The translations under genes were made by a program, and so were the position numbers. The notes beneath the pieces were generated by a model, which saw only the letters and a list, made by a program, of their open reading frames with translations, was not told where the DNA came from and did not search any database. Positions 49,801-61,326 of a DNA stretch of 64,000 nucleotides are shown here, one piece after another (the first letter of the stretch is position 1; each line of letters opens with the position of its first letter). The stretch comes from Amoebophrya sp. A120 (taxonomy: Eukaryota > Protista > Dinoflagellata): NCBI GenBank assembly GCA_905178155.1, contig CAJINV010000001.1, positions 13,590,702 through 13,654,701 on the forward strand, in the 5' to 3' direction.

Positions 49801-52565
49801 TGGAAAACGCGTCGCAGGAAGAGCTGCTCGGGTATTTGCTCCAGCTGGTGCAGGCGCTGCGGTACGCGCCGGGCAACCGCGGCGCGTCCGGAGAGAACGA
49901 CCCGTCGTCCGAAGTTGCGGAAGGGGTCGCAAAAGACGCGTTCGACAATAGCGGGGAGGCGGACCCATTACTGGTGTTTTTGATACACCGAGCGCAGAGG
50001 AACGTGGTAAGCGAGGGTAGTAGTTTTGCATACTGCATAGAAAGCAGGATCTTCATGTCTGTATAAGAGCCTCACTTGAGAAATTGCTTAAGGATTCACT
50101 CTCTACTACTTGTATCTGCAGCCCGGTTTTGTACTTGTGACGTGGCAGCTATCAGACAGGAAGAAGTGACGAGCTCGCCCTGCGTAAGTATTGACTTCAT
50201 AATTTCAGCACTTTCATTCATTCCTTCTTTCAGGTTCTCGCCACCTACTTCCACTGGTTTCTGATCGCCGAAATCGAAGCGAGCGACAGCGGGCAATTTC
50301 GGGAGGGTGAGGCCGCGCTGTTCAACGCGTACATCTTCGTGAAGGCGCGGCAGCAGCTGCTGGACTCCCTGGAGGAGAACCAGCCGGCGTTCGCGAAGAT
50401 CATCACGGACCAGATCACCTTCCGGCGGAAGCTGCTCTGGGCCATGCGGATCAGCAAGGCGCAGAAGCGGCAGAACATCGAGCTGAAGATCGCGAAGTTC
50501 CAGGACGCGCTGTCGGGCAAGCAGGTCCCGGACCCGGACCTGGGGGACCGGATGGTCTCCAAGCAGTTCCAAGTGCTGGATCTGCCCATGATCGTGGACC
50601 CCACCAAGCGGCTGGTGCGGATCATCCCCTCGAAGTGTTTCCTGATCAAGTCTGCCATGTACCCGGCAGTTTTGCATTGCGAGGTCAAGGTATGACAGTG
50701 CACAACCCCCCCTCCCCCTCTTTGTCATGCAAAAACGCAAACTCAGCTGCTACCTTATGGCACCGCGTGCATGACAAATTCCGGAACTCCAAACAGTACT
50801 ACACTCGGCGCATGAACTTGTCATGCACAGGGTCCACCTGTACTGGTGTTTGTAATGCTGTTGATGCCATACAAATGAGGGGGAGGGAGAGTTGTGCACT
50901 CTCATACAAGGACGAGAACGAAATCGTGTCCCTGCGGAAGTTATCAAATGCAAAAATGTCTGGGTCTGGAAACTTGTGATGCTAAAATGTGAATGGTGGG
51001 CGCACTGCAATACGCAGCCAAGCATGACAAATTTTTGAGCTGCTCTTGTGTTTCGTTTTCCGCATGGCAGCCTGCGTTTCTGCGTGACAGACAAGAGGCC
51101 CTTTTCCTGCTCCTGCATCAGACTTTCTCGAGTCATGCCAGACAAGCATGACATTCTTCCAGACCCAGACATTTTTGCATTTGATAGAAGTACATGTTCA
51201 AAGAGGGCGACGACCTGCGACAGGACCAGCTGGTGCTGCAGATGATCATTCTGATGGACTCGCTGCTGAAGAAGTACGGTCTGGACCTCCGGCTCACGCC
51301 CTACCAAGTGATTGCCTGCTCTACTGTAGACGGCTTCATCGAATTTGTTCCCGACGCGCAAAATTTGTCCGCGGTTCTGGCGGAGAACAACAACGACCTG
51401 TGGGGCTATTTCAAGTCCATCTCGGCAGAAAACAATGCGGCAATGCTTTTGAAAACATCAGCTTCGGGTGGTGGAGGTACTACCAAAGGAGCTTCATTGT
51501 GTGGCATTTATACCACATCAACAGCACAGCAAGGCGCTAGTGGAGGCTACTCGACTAGTAAAGAACTCAATGTGACCAACAAACCCTTGTCGTCTACCCT
51601 AAGTTCTGCTACCTCTACTGCTTCACACCAGAGACCAGAGGTAGACCCGGAGATCTTGGACAACTTCGTGCGCAGCTGTGCCGGTTACTGTGTGATCACG
51701 TACATTTTGGGCATCGGGGACCGGCACCTGGATAATCTGATGGTGTCGAAGTCCGGCCAAATGTTTCACATCGATTTTGGTTACATTCTGGGCAATATCC
51801 ACTGCAAAGAAAAATTACATGTCGGGGGCTGGATTATAAACCTATGATGCTGCAGCTCGCTGAATTGTGGATGCTTTTTGCAACACTTGCAGTCGCAGAT
51901 TTTCCTGGAATTATGCAAGACAATTAACAGATACAGAAGCTTTAGTTTTCATTCACAGCACCCAGGCATATTTGCAAAGCATAAACAAGGACCCGAAGCC
52001 GCTACCGCCGCCGATGAAGTTGTGTCGCGAGATGGTGGACGGCATGGGCGGGAAGGATTCCACGGGGTACCAAACCTTTTTGAGCAACGCGTGCGAAGCC
52101 TTCAAAATTCTGCGGCGGCATCAGAATTTGGTCGTGAATCTACTCTACCTGATGTCCGACGCGGGGATTAAGGACATCTCGCAGTTTGCCCTTTCAAAGC
52201 TGCAGGAGAAATTCATGTATGCAATGCAAAAGAAATATCGTTGATTTGGTAGAGAAGAGTAAGTACGTACCTGCAAGTTGTAGGCTCCTGCATTGAAGAG
52301 AGCGGATGAAGCAATTATGCGATTTTCTAGATGCATCTACTAATAAATCTCTAGCCAGCAGCGCAACTTTTGCCTGTCGGGTCTTGCCAAGATTTGTACT
52401 TACACGACCTTTGCTATTCCTATTGCTTTTGCAATGCATATCACGCCGGAGAAACGAGACGAGGAAGCTGAGAAGGAATTCATTTTGCTCATTAACGAGT
52501 CCGTAAACGCGCTCTTCCCACAGGTCCTCGAGAAACTACACAAATGGGCGGTGTACTGGAGGTAG
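46897..52565 (+). CDS. VPS34: Class III PI3-kinase Vps34 (5' end uncertain)
   Basis: C2 region (VRVRDLP, LKQGRQ), helical domain (LLQLVQALRY), kinase motifs FKEGDDLRQDQ, LGIGDRHLDN and HIDFGYILGKDPKP, and C-terminal LHKWAVYWR*. GT-AG introns at 49357..49499 and 50007..50233, plus five inverted-repeat inserts. Confidence 0.95.
47303..48712. mobile_element. 1.41-kb foldback element with TTA target duplication (PIF/Harbinger-like signature) in the Vps34 ORF
   Basis: Inverted arms of about 485 bp, starting gagtgaggtaacaaacc and ending ggtttgttacctcactc. TTA at 47300..47302 and 48713..48715. Removal with one TTA gives in-frame ETADIITVSSPTAEAE. Confidence 0.88.
50691..50906. mobile_element. TAT...ATA inverted-repeat intron in Vps34
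   Basis: TIR tatga[c/g]agtgcacaac..ccctccccctc. Perfect direct repeat CAAGG at 50686..50690 and 50907..50911. It can also be read as GT50690..AG50910. Confidence 0.9.
50942..51186. mobile_element. TAT...ATA inverted-repeat intron in Vps34 (subfamily A)
   Basis: Perfect 30-bp TIR tatcaaatgcaaaaatgtctgggtctggaa. Perfect direct repeat GAAGT. Removal gives LRKYMFKEGDDLRQD. No GT-AG register for this junction. Confidence 0.92.
51796..51983. mobile_element. TAT...ATA inverted-repeat intron in Vps34 (degenerate subfamily A)
   Basis: Termini tatccactgcaaa and tttgcaaagcata. Flanks GGCAA/AACAA. Removal gives the conserved GYILGKDPKP. Confidence 0.8.
52218..52440. mobile_element. TAT...ATA inverted-repeat intron in Vps34
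   Basis: TIR tatgca[a/t]tgcaaaag. Flanks TCATG/TCACG. Removal gives EKFMPEKRDEEAEKEF...YWR*. Confidence 0.88.
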
Positions 52566-53417
52566 ACGGGCGATGTACTGGACGCAGGTAAAACAAATGG
52601 CCGCCAAAAGTGGTTTTGCAGAAAGAGCACAGTGCAAGAACATTTTGATGCAGCTCGAGACCAGGAGAAACGGGTCAATAAGGGTGTGAACAATAAAGCT
52701 CATCTTTTTTGCTGCTGGTGGGTGCCTATTTCGTTCTGTAGGAGATGTGCAGATGATGAACCCGAAGCAAAGAGACTGAAAGTTGTGAAGACAATATGGC
52801 AAATAGATCGGTCGACTCTGAATGAGGCCCGTGTCCTTGAGGCACAAATTTACCTTGAGGGGTTTGGTTCGTGACGCCGCATCATTTTCTTGTGATGCCG
52901 CATTATCGTTTTGTTGACTCCAAGCACACTCTTCAATCGCAGGGAAACGTCGTGATCAATAACATGCTAAAAGTCGTGTCGTCACTGGCAGTCGGGGCCT
53001 ACAGAATCATCGTCACCGCGTTAGAAAAAAAGTATCGTCGTGTCGCGTTTGCCAAACGGTTTAGCGCTATCGCAGGAAAAATCAAAGATCACAGGCTGCA
53101 GCCCGTTGCCATTTTTCGTGCAGAAGGCATCTTCGTGTCTTCTAGGGGGTGTGTTGTGTGGCACGTGACGTGATGTCGTACGTACAGGCATCGCGTATTT
53201 ATTCAATGAATGTTTCTACGGCTCACGTTTTCGCCTCGATCTTGAAGGATAATTGTCCGCGAGTATGATTCATTCCTGCAAGAAGTGTCCTCATAAATAC
53301 AAGTTTGAACGTGTTTTTTCAATGCGCCGGAAGGCGAAGTCACGGCAGAAGAAAGTAGGATCGATTCCAATTTACCTTCCCAATCTGTAAGATCGTTGCC
53401 AACTAGGGCTGATTCTC

Positions 53418-55673
53418 ATGATGGAGGGGGATACAAGGCGACCGCAAGTAGAGACAGCAAGCGTGTCGACAACATACTCGGTGGACACCGAATCGACCAG
53501 TGCCTTGGTGTACATATCCAACGGGGAACTTGTCCCCGGCTACGCCGCTACTGCGCTCCTGAAAGAGGAAAGTTGGAGATCACGACTGTCCGCTACAACC
53601 AGCGGTTCAACAAGTGGGAGCAGAGCGAAGGGGGTCGTGTCCGCGTCGCCGACGGACGAAGTAGAAGATGGTGCAGAGGAGCATGCTGATGTTGAACAAG
53701 GATTGCTCTACGCTCCTCCGCAAGCGACAGGAGATAATCATCTACACCGCGGGCGAAGGGGACGCACTAATGCGCAGAAGGTCTTTGACGCAGTGAATGG
53801 CGACGGTGCGGCAGAGCAGCGCGTGAGTGCGTTGGAGAACCTGGATCACAGTCTCCAGTCGGCGGTTCTCGTGTCTTCCATGTATGCGCTGGCCGGGCTG
53901 AAGTGCACTGCTGGGGGGACAAATGTCCAACTGTATGCGGAGGCCTTGTGGATGTGGGGCATCACTTTTGCCTCCTACTCGCTGCAGTTTCTTCTCGTCA
54001 TCGCGGTGCAAATGGAGATCACGGGGAAGTTTGCCGTCGCGTGGAAGCAAAGTCTCCAGGAGCTGATTCCAGCGTTGGGCACAACCACCTCCGAAACCGT
54101 CAAAACTGCCTTCTCAAGCTTTCTCAGCCTGGGATCCGCCGAGCATCTCGCGCAGCAGCCTGGTGCTGGGTTCCACTGGTCAGCGGACAGGCGGTTCCTG
54201 CCCGCAGGGGCCAACAACAACCCGCGGCTTGACCAGCAGCCCGCCAGCAGCAATATCGAGGATCGAGCCAACATGTGGACCACACATCATGCTGCGGCGA
54301 ACATCACAGAGCACCTAACGTACCTTCGCGAAAACCAACCGGACAAATTTAATGAAGTCTGTGACTGGTCCATTTCTTCCGACATTTGGCTGATTCTCTC
54401 CCTGGCCCTAATTCACGTGTTTGCGGTCTGGGCAGAAACTGGGAAGCGGCTGCACATCACTGGCTGGTGCTTTCTCGGATCGCACCGGATTCCGTCTGGC
54501 CGTGCCGCTGACTCGATTGCACTGGAAGCGAGCGTGGAATTTGAAGATGAAGACGCGAAACAGGTGGAGGGCGGACGACGACTTTCGCACAAAATCACGT
54601 CTGTCGACAAGGACCTTATGTTCGTGCTGGTTGGCTGCCCGCGGTGGTTCAAGCTGATCTTTAACCTATTCGTCGTGTTGCCGCAGGTTGTGGTCGCGGC
54701 CTCGACCCTTGCAATCGGTTTGGAGTACTACATCACTGCGACCATTGACAACATCCTAGGTAACGCCGCACTCTTCCTGATTGTTTTACAGGTCGACGAC
54801 TACGTGTATGAGGCCGTGACGACGCCCGAGCGCCAGAAGGAGACAACGGATGCGCGGATTCTGATCTCGCGGCACATGAAAGCGGACAAACTGAACCCTC
54901 GGACCATGTGGGTACGCTCGCTCTTTGCGGTCTTGATTCCCCTTCTGCTGTGGTACTTGATAGTACACATCGTCCCTGCGAGGGTTGGTAGTATCAACTG
55001 CAAAAATGTCTGGGTCTGGAAACTTGTAATGCTAAAAGTGGATGATAGCTGGACTGCAATACGCAGCCAGGCATGACAAATTTTTGAGCTGCTATGTGTT
55101 GCGTATTCCGCATGAGAAACAACGTTTTCACATGACAGATAGGAGACCCTTTTCGTGCCCATGCATCACAGATTCTCGAGTCATGTCAGCCATGCATGAC
55201 AAATGTAAGAATCTTCCAGACCCAGACATTTTTGCAATCCATAGGTAGGACGCCGGAGCAGATCGAAGAAATGATGGACTACTGCAAGACTATCCACTGC
55301 AGATGCGTTGTCGGGGTCTGGAAATTACGTAGCGAGTTCATGCTTGTTTTATCGCACTCCCGGGAATATATAATTCTGTGTTCTTGCATGAGGGGCAATA
55401 AAAGCAGAGCTTTGATGTCTGGCACGCGATGAACGCGCAACTTTTAATGGATGCGCACTACGCATGGGGGGGCGTAGTTCGCGCTCCAAAGACTTGCTGT
55501 CCTCTGCTGTACTCACAAGCGTCCCTGGTTTCATTCGCAAATTTATGCGTGATGCATGTACATGTTTGCAGACCAAGACACATTTGCAGTTGATAAGAAC
55601 GGATCTGAGAACACGGATATTCAACAACACCTGGGACTGGACGGATTTGCTCAATATTCTGGAGGAGTACTGA
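53418..55673 (+). CDS. Multi-pass membrane protein of unknown function
   Basis: About 5 hydrophobic helices, including ILGNAALFLIVLQVDDYVY. Two terminal exons (RTPEQIEEMMDYCK, TDLRTRIF...LEEY*) are recovered by removing two inverted-repeat inserts. Confidence 0.7.
54992..55243. mobile_element. TAT...ATA inverted-repeat intron (subfamily A)
   Basis: TIR core tgcaaaaatgtctgggtctggaa. Perfect direct repeat GGTAG at 54987..54991 and 55244..55248. Colinear with 50942..51186 over its whole length. Confidence 0.92.
55291..55595. mobile_element. TAT...ATA inverted-repeat intron (degenerate subfamily A)
   Basis: Left end tatccactgcagatgcgttgtcggggtctggaaa; reverse complement of right end tatcaactgcaaatgtgtcttggtctgcaaa. 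Flanks AAGAC/AGAAC. Removal restores the frame. Confidence 0.82.
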
Positions 55674-57219
55674 AGGGGCCGACTCGCTTTATAAGAGGGC
55701 ACGAGTCCTCCTTCCACTCATTTGTAATGCAAAATACCAAATTAATCCACTTCCACATCTTGCCGGGCCCCGCACTCCCGGCATGGAAAGTTAATTTCGG
55801 AACCCTAAACTGTACTAGCATCCGTGTGCGGGCGTGTTATGCGAATAAAATTAAGATAAATTAAAGTTTTTGCCCAGTTTCGGAAGTCTGTACACTGTAC
55901 TAGAAAGTAAGAGAATGCGTTTGTTCAAGAAATTGTTTCACTTCAATACATTGATTTGTGTCCGTAAGTTGCCGGTCCATCGTGTACAACGGCGCAAAGG
56001 AAGTTCGTCTGCTCGTTGGACCACTAGGCTCTGAAATGCGAAGATTCACTTCCGTCAGCAAATAGTTCGACCGTGGCTGTTTTTCTATTCGCTGTCAGGC
56101 TACCTGTGTGTATCTCACCTTAATGAAAATTAATGTTAGACCTGTACAATGAGAATGATCCAGAAACTCGAAGAACGGCTCAGAAAAGTATTGCGACGCA
56201 GTTCTGTCGCAGGGCAGTGAAGTTCATTCCAACTACGCAAGATGAGCACTTCCTATGATGATTGGATCACTTGGGACACCTTCTGAACTAAGCTTTCTCA
56301 AGCAACAAGTTTAGTAATGTGAACAACTACGTGACCGCCCCAGTCTGAACGGATGTGCTCTCGGCAAAAGTTTTTCTGTTCTCAGTTATCAGATCCGCCA
56401 TGGCCAACATGAATAAAGTTCCCGTATTATGTCTTAGGATCTCACGAAGCAGTATCTTTATTCCCTCCGCTCTCTATCTTCCCGTTCCGTTGGCAACTTT
56501 CGTGGCTGGAAAAAGTTAGAATTCAGTCGCTGTAAAACCGGAACTAGAACAATATATGGCAGTGTCTGTTTTCACGCTTCTGTGTGCATTCAGCATTGCC
56601 GGGTTTAGTCAGGGTCGGCTGAGGCTTAAGTTGTCGCTCAGCCGGCAGTCGATAGAAGCCCAACAGACTGAGCTCGGTTTTTGTTTACTTACAATCTCGT
56701 AGAAAGATAAATGAATTTCATGCTCTCGAACATGATATTAGTTCCTTCGACGTGTTGAACTCGAACTTTGCACAACGTCGCGCTCACGTGGAGCAAAAGT
56801 GTGGTCGATCGAAAATATTCGCTCGAGAACTCGTGATGAAGCCCGCGGCGGTAGATGTGGGAGAAACTAGTTTTTGATGCTCTCTAGTTGTGTGGCGAAA
56901 CTCGGAGCGCCTCTCGTCGTCCTGGTTGAGAAGTCACCGAAGGTCGTGTCCTCGAAGCAATTTGTTTCGAAGATCGGTGCACGTTTGAAGGGAGCCCTCT
57001 ACGTCATACTGACTGATTCGCTTACGGCTTACGAGCGGGATCATTGAGCCCGAGAACACTGAAATTCAATCAAATAAAGAAGTGCTGGAGACAGCTGCTG
57101 ACTGATCTGCTACCGCCCCGACCTCGCGGCAGGACCTATTTCTAGAAGTACGTGCTAAGATTACTCGACCTCGGGAGACAGTTGTGCAGTATCGTTTCGC
57201 AAGTACGAGGAAGTACAAG

Positions 57220-58035
57220 ATGACTTTGCATTCTGCGAGCACCTCTCATCTGCACTTCCAGGGGCACGTTCTTCGCGCCACACTGTGCCTCATTTTCTCT
57301 CTCACCCACGCTAGTGCCATCGTCTGGGACCACCCTGCTGCAGGCTCGAGTCTCAGCACCACGATTCCCGGGTTATTTTCCTACAGCGCCAATGGTGCAT
57401 TGGAAACAAGTGCCGTGCTGACAAGTGACAGTGCGCCTGCGCCACTCGATGCGCCGGCGGTTGCGACAAATGAGAAAAATCAAAAGCAGGGCGGAAAGAA
57501 AAAGCAAGAGCTCCAGACTACCCAAGCGAAAGAACCGTCTTCCGCGCTCGAAAAAAAAGTGGAAAAACAAGGACAGGAAGAAATGAAAGCCCAACTACCT
57601 CCGGGTGCTGTTGCGACGCAAACGCCCCCGGGTGCGACGCCGAATGCCGCACTGTCGAACAGCATGACGAACCTGATGAACACACCCGCCACGCCCGGCG
57701 GCCCAGGTCCAGCACCCCCGGCGCCGCAGGCCGTCCCAGCGACTGGCGGAGTGCAAGCAGGGGCGGGAGTCCTGCCCGCCGCCCAAACCGGTTTGCCAGC
57801 GGGGGCAGAACAAGCGTCGCCGACGGAGGGAATGAAACCGGCCGGGGGCGAAGAAGACAACAAGCCGTGCAGCGACAAGGAGTGCAAGTGCTGGTGCTGT
57901 CCGTACTGCATGCTGTACTACGGGCTGTCGTTCGTAGGCGGGGTCCTGCTGGTTGCGGGGGTTTTCTACTGCTTGCGCAGCGGCGGAGGCGGACCCAGGG
58001 GTGGAGCAGAGCAACCGGTGGCGGCGGAAGTGTGA
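57220..58035 (+). CDS. Type I membrane protein: signal peptide, P/A-rich stalk, Cys cluster, TM
   Basis: Hydrophobic N-terminus (LRATLCLIFSLTHASA), then CSDKECKCWCCPYC followed by TM YYGLSFVGGVLLVAGVFYCL. Confidence 0.65.
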   Translation: MTLHSASTSHLHFQGHVLRATLCLIFSLTHASAIVWDHPAAGSSLSTTIPGLFSYSANGALETSAVLTSDSAPAPLDAPAVATNEKNQKQGGKKKQELQTTQAKEPSSALEKKVEKQGQEEMKAQLPPGAVATQTPPGATPNAALSNSMTNLMNTPATPGGPGPAPPAPQAVPATGGVQAGAGVLPAAQTGLPAGAEQASPTEGMKPAGGEEDNKPCSDKECKCWCCPYCMLYYGLSFVGGVLLVAGVFYCLRSGGGGPRGGAEQPVAAEV

Positions 58036-59020
58036 GGGCAGCGACGCGCCACTCAAGAATTCCTTAGCACCCTAGGAAAAGAAAAAACTTTCCCTGTAAA
58101 TTTGTACGTACATATACGGTGTAAATTAATGAAGCAGATGAAACAGAAGGCACCAAATCACTGCCGCGATCAATACTGTATCGAAATGTACCTTGATTTA
58201 GTATCCATGTATAACACTGAAATTCTTGTGTAATTCCACCAGCCGTCTTGTAGACCCCGATCCTGACTGCGACTTCATATCGACTTGTAATAATTAAACT
58301 CGATGACTGCGCCTGTTTCACCGACAACAAGGAAACTGTATCAATTTCGTGTACCAGAAATGATTTTTTGTACGTTTGTTTCTGAAAATTAGTGAGAGAG
58401 CATCTCACCTACGAAAGCCAAAAGCCCAACGTGGACGAGTCAGGATATCAATTTTTGTCGGAATTATTCAAGGAGCAGCCAAGTCGGTGTTCATGCAAAA
58501 GATCTCAAATGAAGACAAGCAGTCTTGAACGATCAACTGCTTTCCTGTTCAGAAGTGCAGAAGAACGACATGATGAGTTGAAAAAAATGGACGACAAATG
58601 ACTTCTGTGCTGGTTCATCTTCTTCTTGTTCTTCAAAGTGTTGGCTTTTCGACGTATTTTTTCGCTCTATTCCATCTGGTCGCAGAAAGACTTTTTCTAC
58701 GATGGATTCCATCACAACGTAGTGGAGGTGATGAGTTTTGCTTTTGTATGATCTATCACCCACGGCCAGCTCTTGAGCACGGCCTAACTGTTTGTTCAAG
58801 TGTAAGTACGCGGTGTTAATGCCACACTGAGGACTTTGACGGCTTCTTCATAAGTAAATCAATTTGAACCAGTGTACTATAATTCGAGTTTTTCCTTCTT
58901 AAAACCCATGATTCGCTACGGCACAATTTTCTTCTAGTCCGTGGGTCCACCGCCCAACTGCCTGAGAAAACTACCCAGAAAACCTACCAGCTGAAGCCTT
59001 CGGGAAGATCGAGGACGATC

Positions 59021-60900
59021 ATGCAGTTTGCGGGGTCCGTCCCAGCCCTGAACAAGGCCGCGATCAAGGCGGATGGGTTCAGTATCGAGCTGGAAAAGTA
59101 CCGGGGAGTGGAGGTGTTGATAGAAGACGAGAGCTTCAAGGCAGGGGTGCGCGCACCGCTGAGCAGCAGTCTCAACGCGGCCTTCGACCAGTTGAGAAGT
59201 GCCATCCAAGAGAAACCGGGGCCCCGGTTTTTCCTGGCGAATGGCGACACGGTGAACGTGTTTATCATGTGGATACCCGAAGACGTCCCAACAAAAAAGA
59301 AATTCCTGTAAGCATTATCATACGGAATCTTTCGTGATGGGTGATGATTCAGAAAGAAAAGTAGCAGGGCCATAAGTACGAAGAACACAATCTCAACTAT
59401 CAAACTTTTTTTCTTGCTCTGTCCAAGCATGTATTTGTTCGCGATCCCGATAACGGAGAGGAAAGTCACACGACCTTGTTGATCTTTCCTATTTGGTCTT
59501 GCCTTCCCTCAGGTACACACAGGCAGCAAGTCAACTGAAAGGTCTCGAACCATCGGCAGCGGGCAAAAGTTGGAAAGACTTTCGCACTGACGAGATCGAC
59601 GAGCTTGAGTACATACTGTCTTTTTCACTTTTGAAAGTCATTGATTCCCCAGGGCTTTTTCGCTTTCCAGAAGGATATCTATCGGTCTTGGTCAAAAAAA
59701 AAAATCAAGACTCAGCATGGTTCATGCTTGCTTTGACGAGATTAATACTTACAATAAAATTTCAACAGCGAGTCATGTATTCGGAGCAGCATCACGGGTC
59801 TTTCTGCCGAAGAGCGAAACTCCGTTATGACGGAAAGCGAAAGAGGAGTCGCCGAAGCGAAGGCCGCCATGGAGCGCGAGCGAAACTCGCAGGGTTTCCG
59901 CCTCCCAGGTATGGCAACCGTCGGGGCTAAAGTCGACGAGGGGCTAAAGTCAGCAATAAAAAGGTACCGTAAACGTCATGAATGAAAATTATATGATGTC
60001 GTAGTTGACTTCGATTGTGTAGTGGAGGACGAGGTTTGAAAGAAACGCTATTTTGAAATAAGACTGCGGCTGTGCTGCTTGTAACACGCGACGGCCCAAA
60101 TTATAAAAACAGCTTGCAGCCCGGCGGCATCGTGGCTGCACGAATAGGGATGGACGGGACAATATCAGGCAACGTAGAACAGGGGAGCTTGACGACAATA
60201 ACCCTCGCCCCCGCAGACTGCACCTACCTGGTTTGGCGCCGGGACGACGGAAACGTGTCGATGATATCTTACACTGCCGATGGCGCGCCAAGTATTTTTG
60301 CTTAGCACTATTGTATTGATTTCGATCCAGAAGGGTTTTTGTTTAGGTTTCAGGGTTTAGGCTATTCACGCTTAACACTATTGATTTACTGCATTTCTCA
60401 AGAATCGATGGAATTTATTTTCATGTAGGCTGGTTTAGATGAAGACACAAGTTAGCTATGCACGACGAGTGCCGCAGCGGGGCTCGGCGCTCGGACTTAT
60501 CCACTCGACGATAATTCTCGGTTCAGGTCGAAGCAAGATGAAGCACAGCAGCCTTCTTGCCGCTATGAAGGCCGCCGTACGAGACGAGTGCGGTTGGGCC
60601 GGGCTAACCTTCAAAGAGGCTCATGATGCGGACGACCTCGCGGACATCGAGAAGAACCCGTCCCAAATGGAGCCCGTTTCGATGGGCGGCTTCGGGCAGT
60701 CGGGCAGTCGGACAAAAAGCGGGCTGCCAAGCGGGCTGCCAAGCACACGCATGTCCGAGTTTTTAAAGGACGCCGACGCGGGGGAGCAGGACCGGTCCTC
60801 CACTGTATCGAATGGTCCGAAGAAGCCTCCACCCGGGGCAGTGGCCCTGCCCGGAATGGGCATGATGCCGATGGGTGGTCTGCCTAAAAGGATAGAATAA
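59021..60900 (+). CDS. Twinfilin-like protein (two ADF-H domains)
   Basis: FIMWIPEDVPTKKKFLYTQAASQLK, linker VMTESE, and MISYTADGAPSRSKMKHSS. Phase-consistent GT-AG introns at 59308..59512, 59609..59768, 59964..60112 and 60292..60526. Confidence 0.65.
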
Positions 60901-61326
60901 GATGCAGTTCACTTGTGCGGATGAATATCTTTTGTGACTTCCTAGAAGGAGATTTACAGTCGTGTGTGAAGAAGTGTAGTGTAACGTTAATTTTCTAGCG
61001 CGCAAAAGCAAGAAGTGTGTTTAGGATGTGAAAGAACAAAACGCGTGAAATCCACCGGAAACGACGAATCTCGACTTACTTACTTCTACGCGGCGTTGAC
61101 AAGAAGTTCGCAGACGGGGGGCTCCTTTGTTCAAGCGTTCGTCTTGTTGAGATAGTAAGGGTTTAGGTGATTTGTCCCCGGCCCTAGAAATATCGCTCGT
61201 CCGTCTACACACTCTCCGTTTCGCACACGCCATAGTATGTGTCCGTCAGGCTCGATTCCGCGGGCGTAGGCGTAAGGCTGTCTGATCCGGCCGCGGCGGG
61301 CGCGCCGGCTATACTAGGACGTCATA

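Noticed and set aside
55900-57100. ORF-free stretch as coding under a reassigned stop-codon code
   Set aside because: Conserved genes in the window read through with the standard code and end at TAA, TAG and TGA. I recognised no motifs here.
60342-60361. Telomere-like tttagg/tttcaggg run
   Set aside because: Three imperfect units inside an intron; too short to call.
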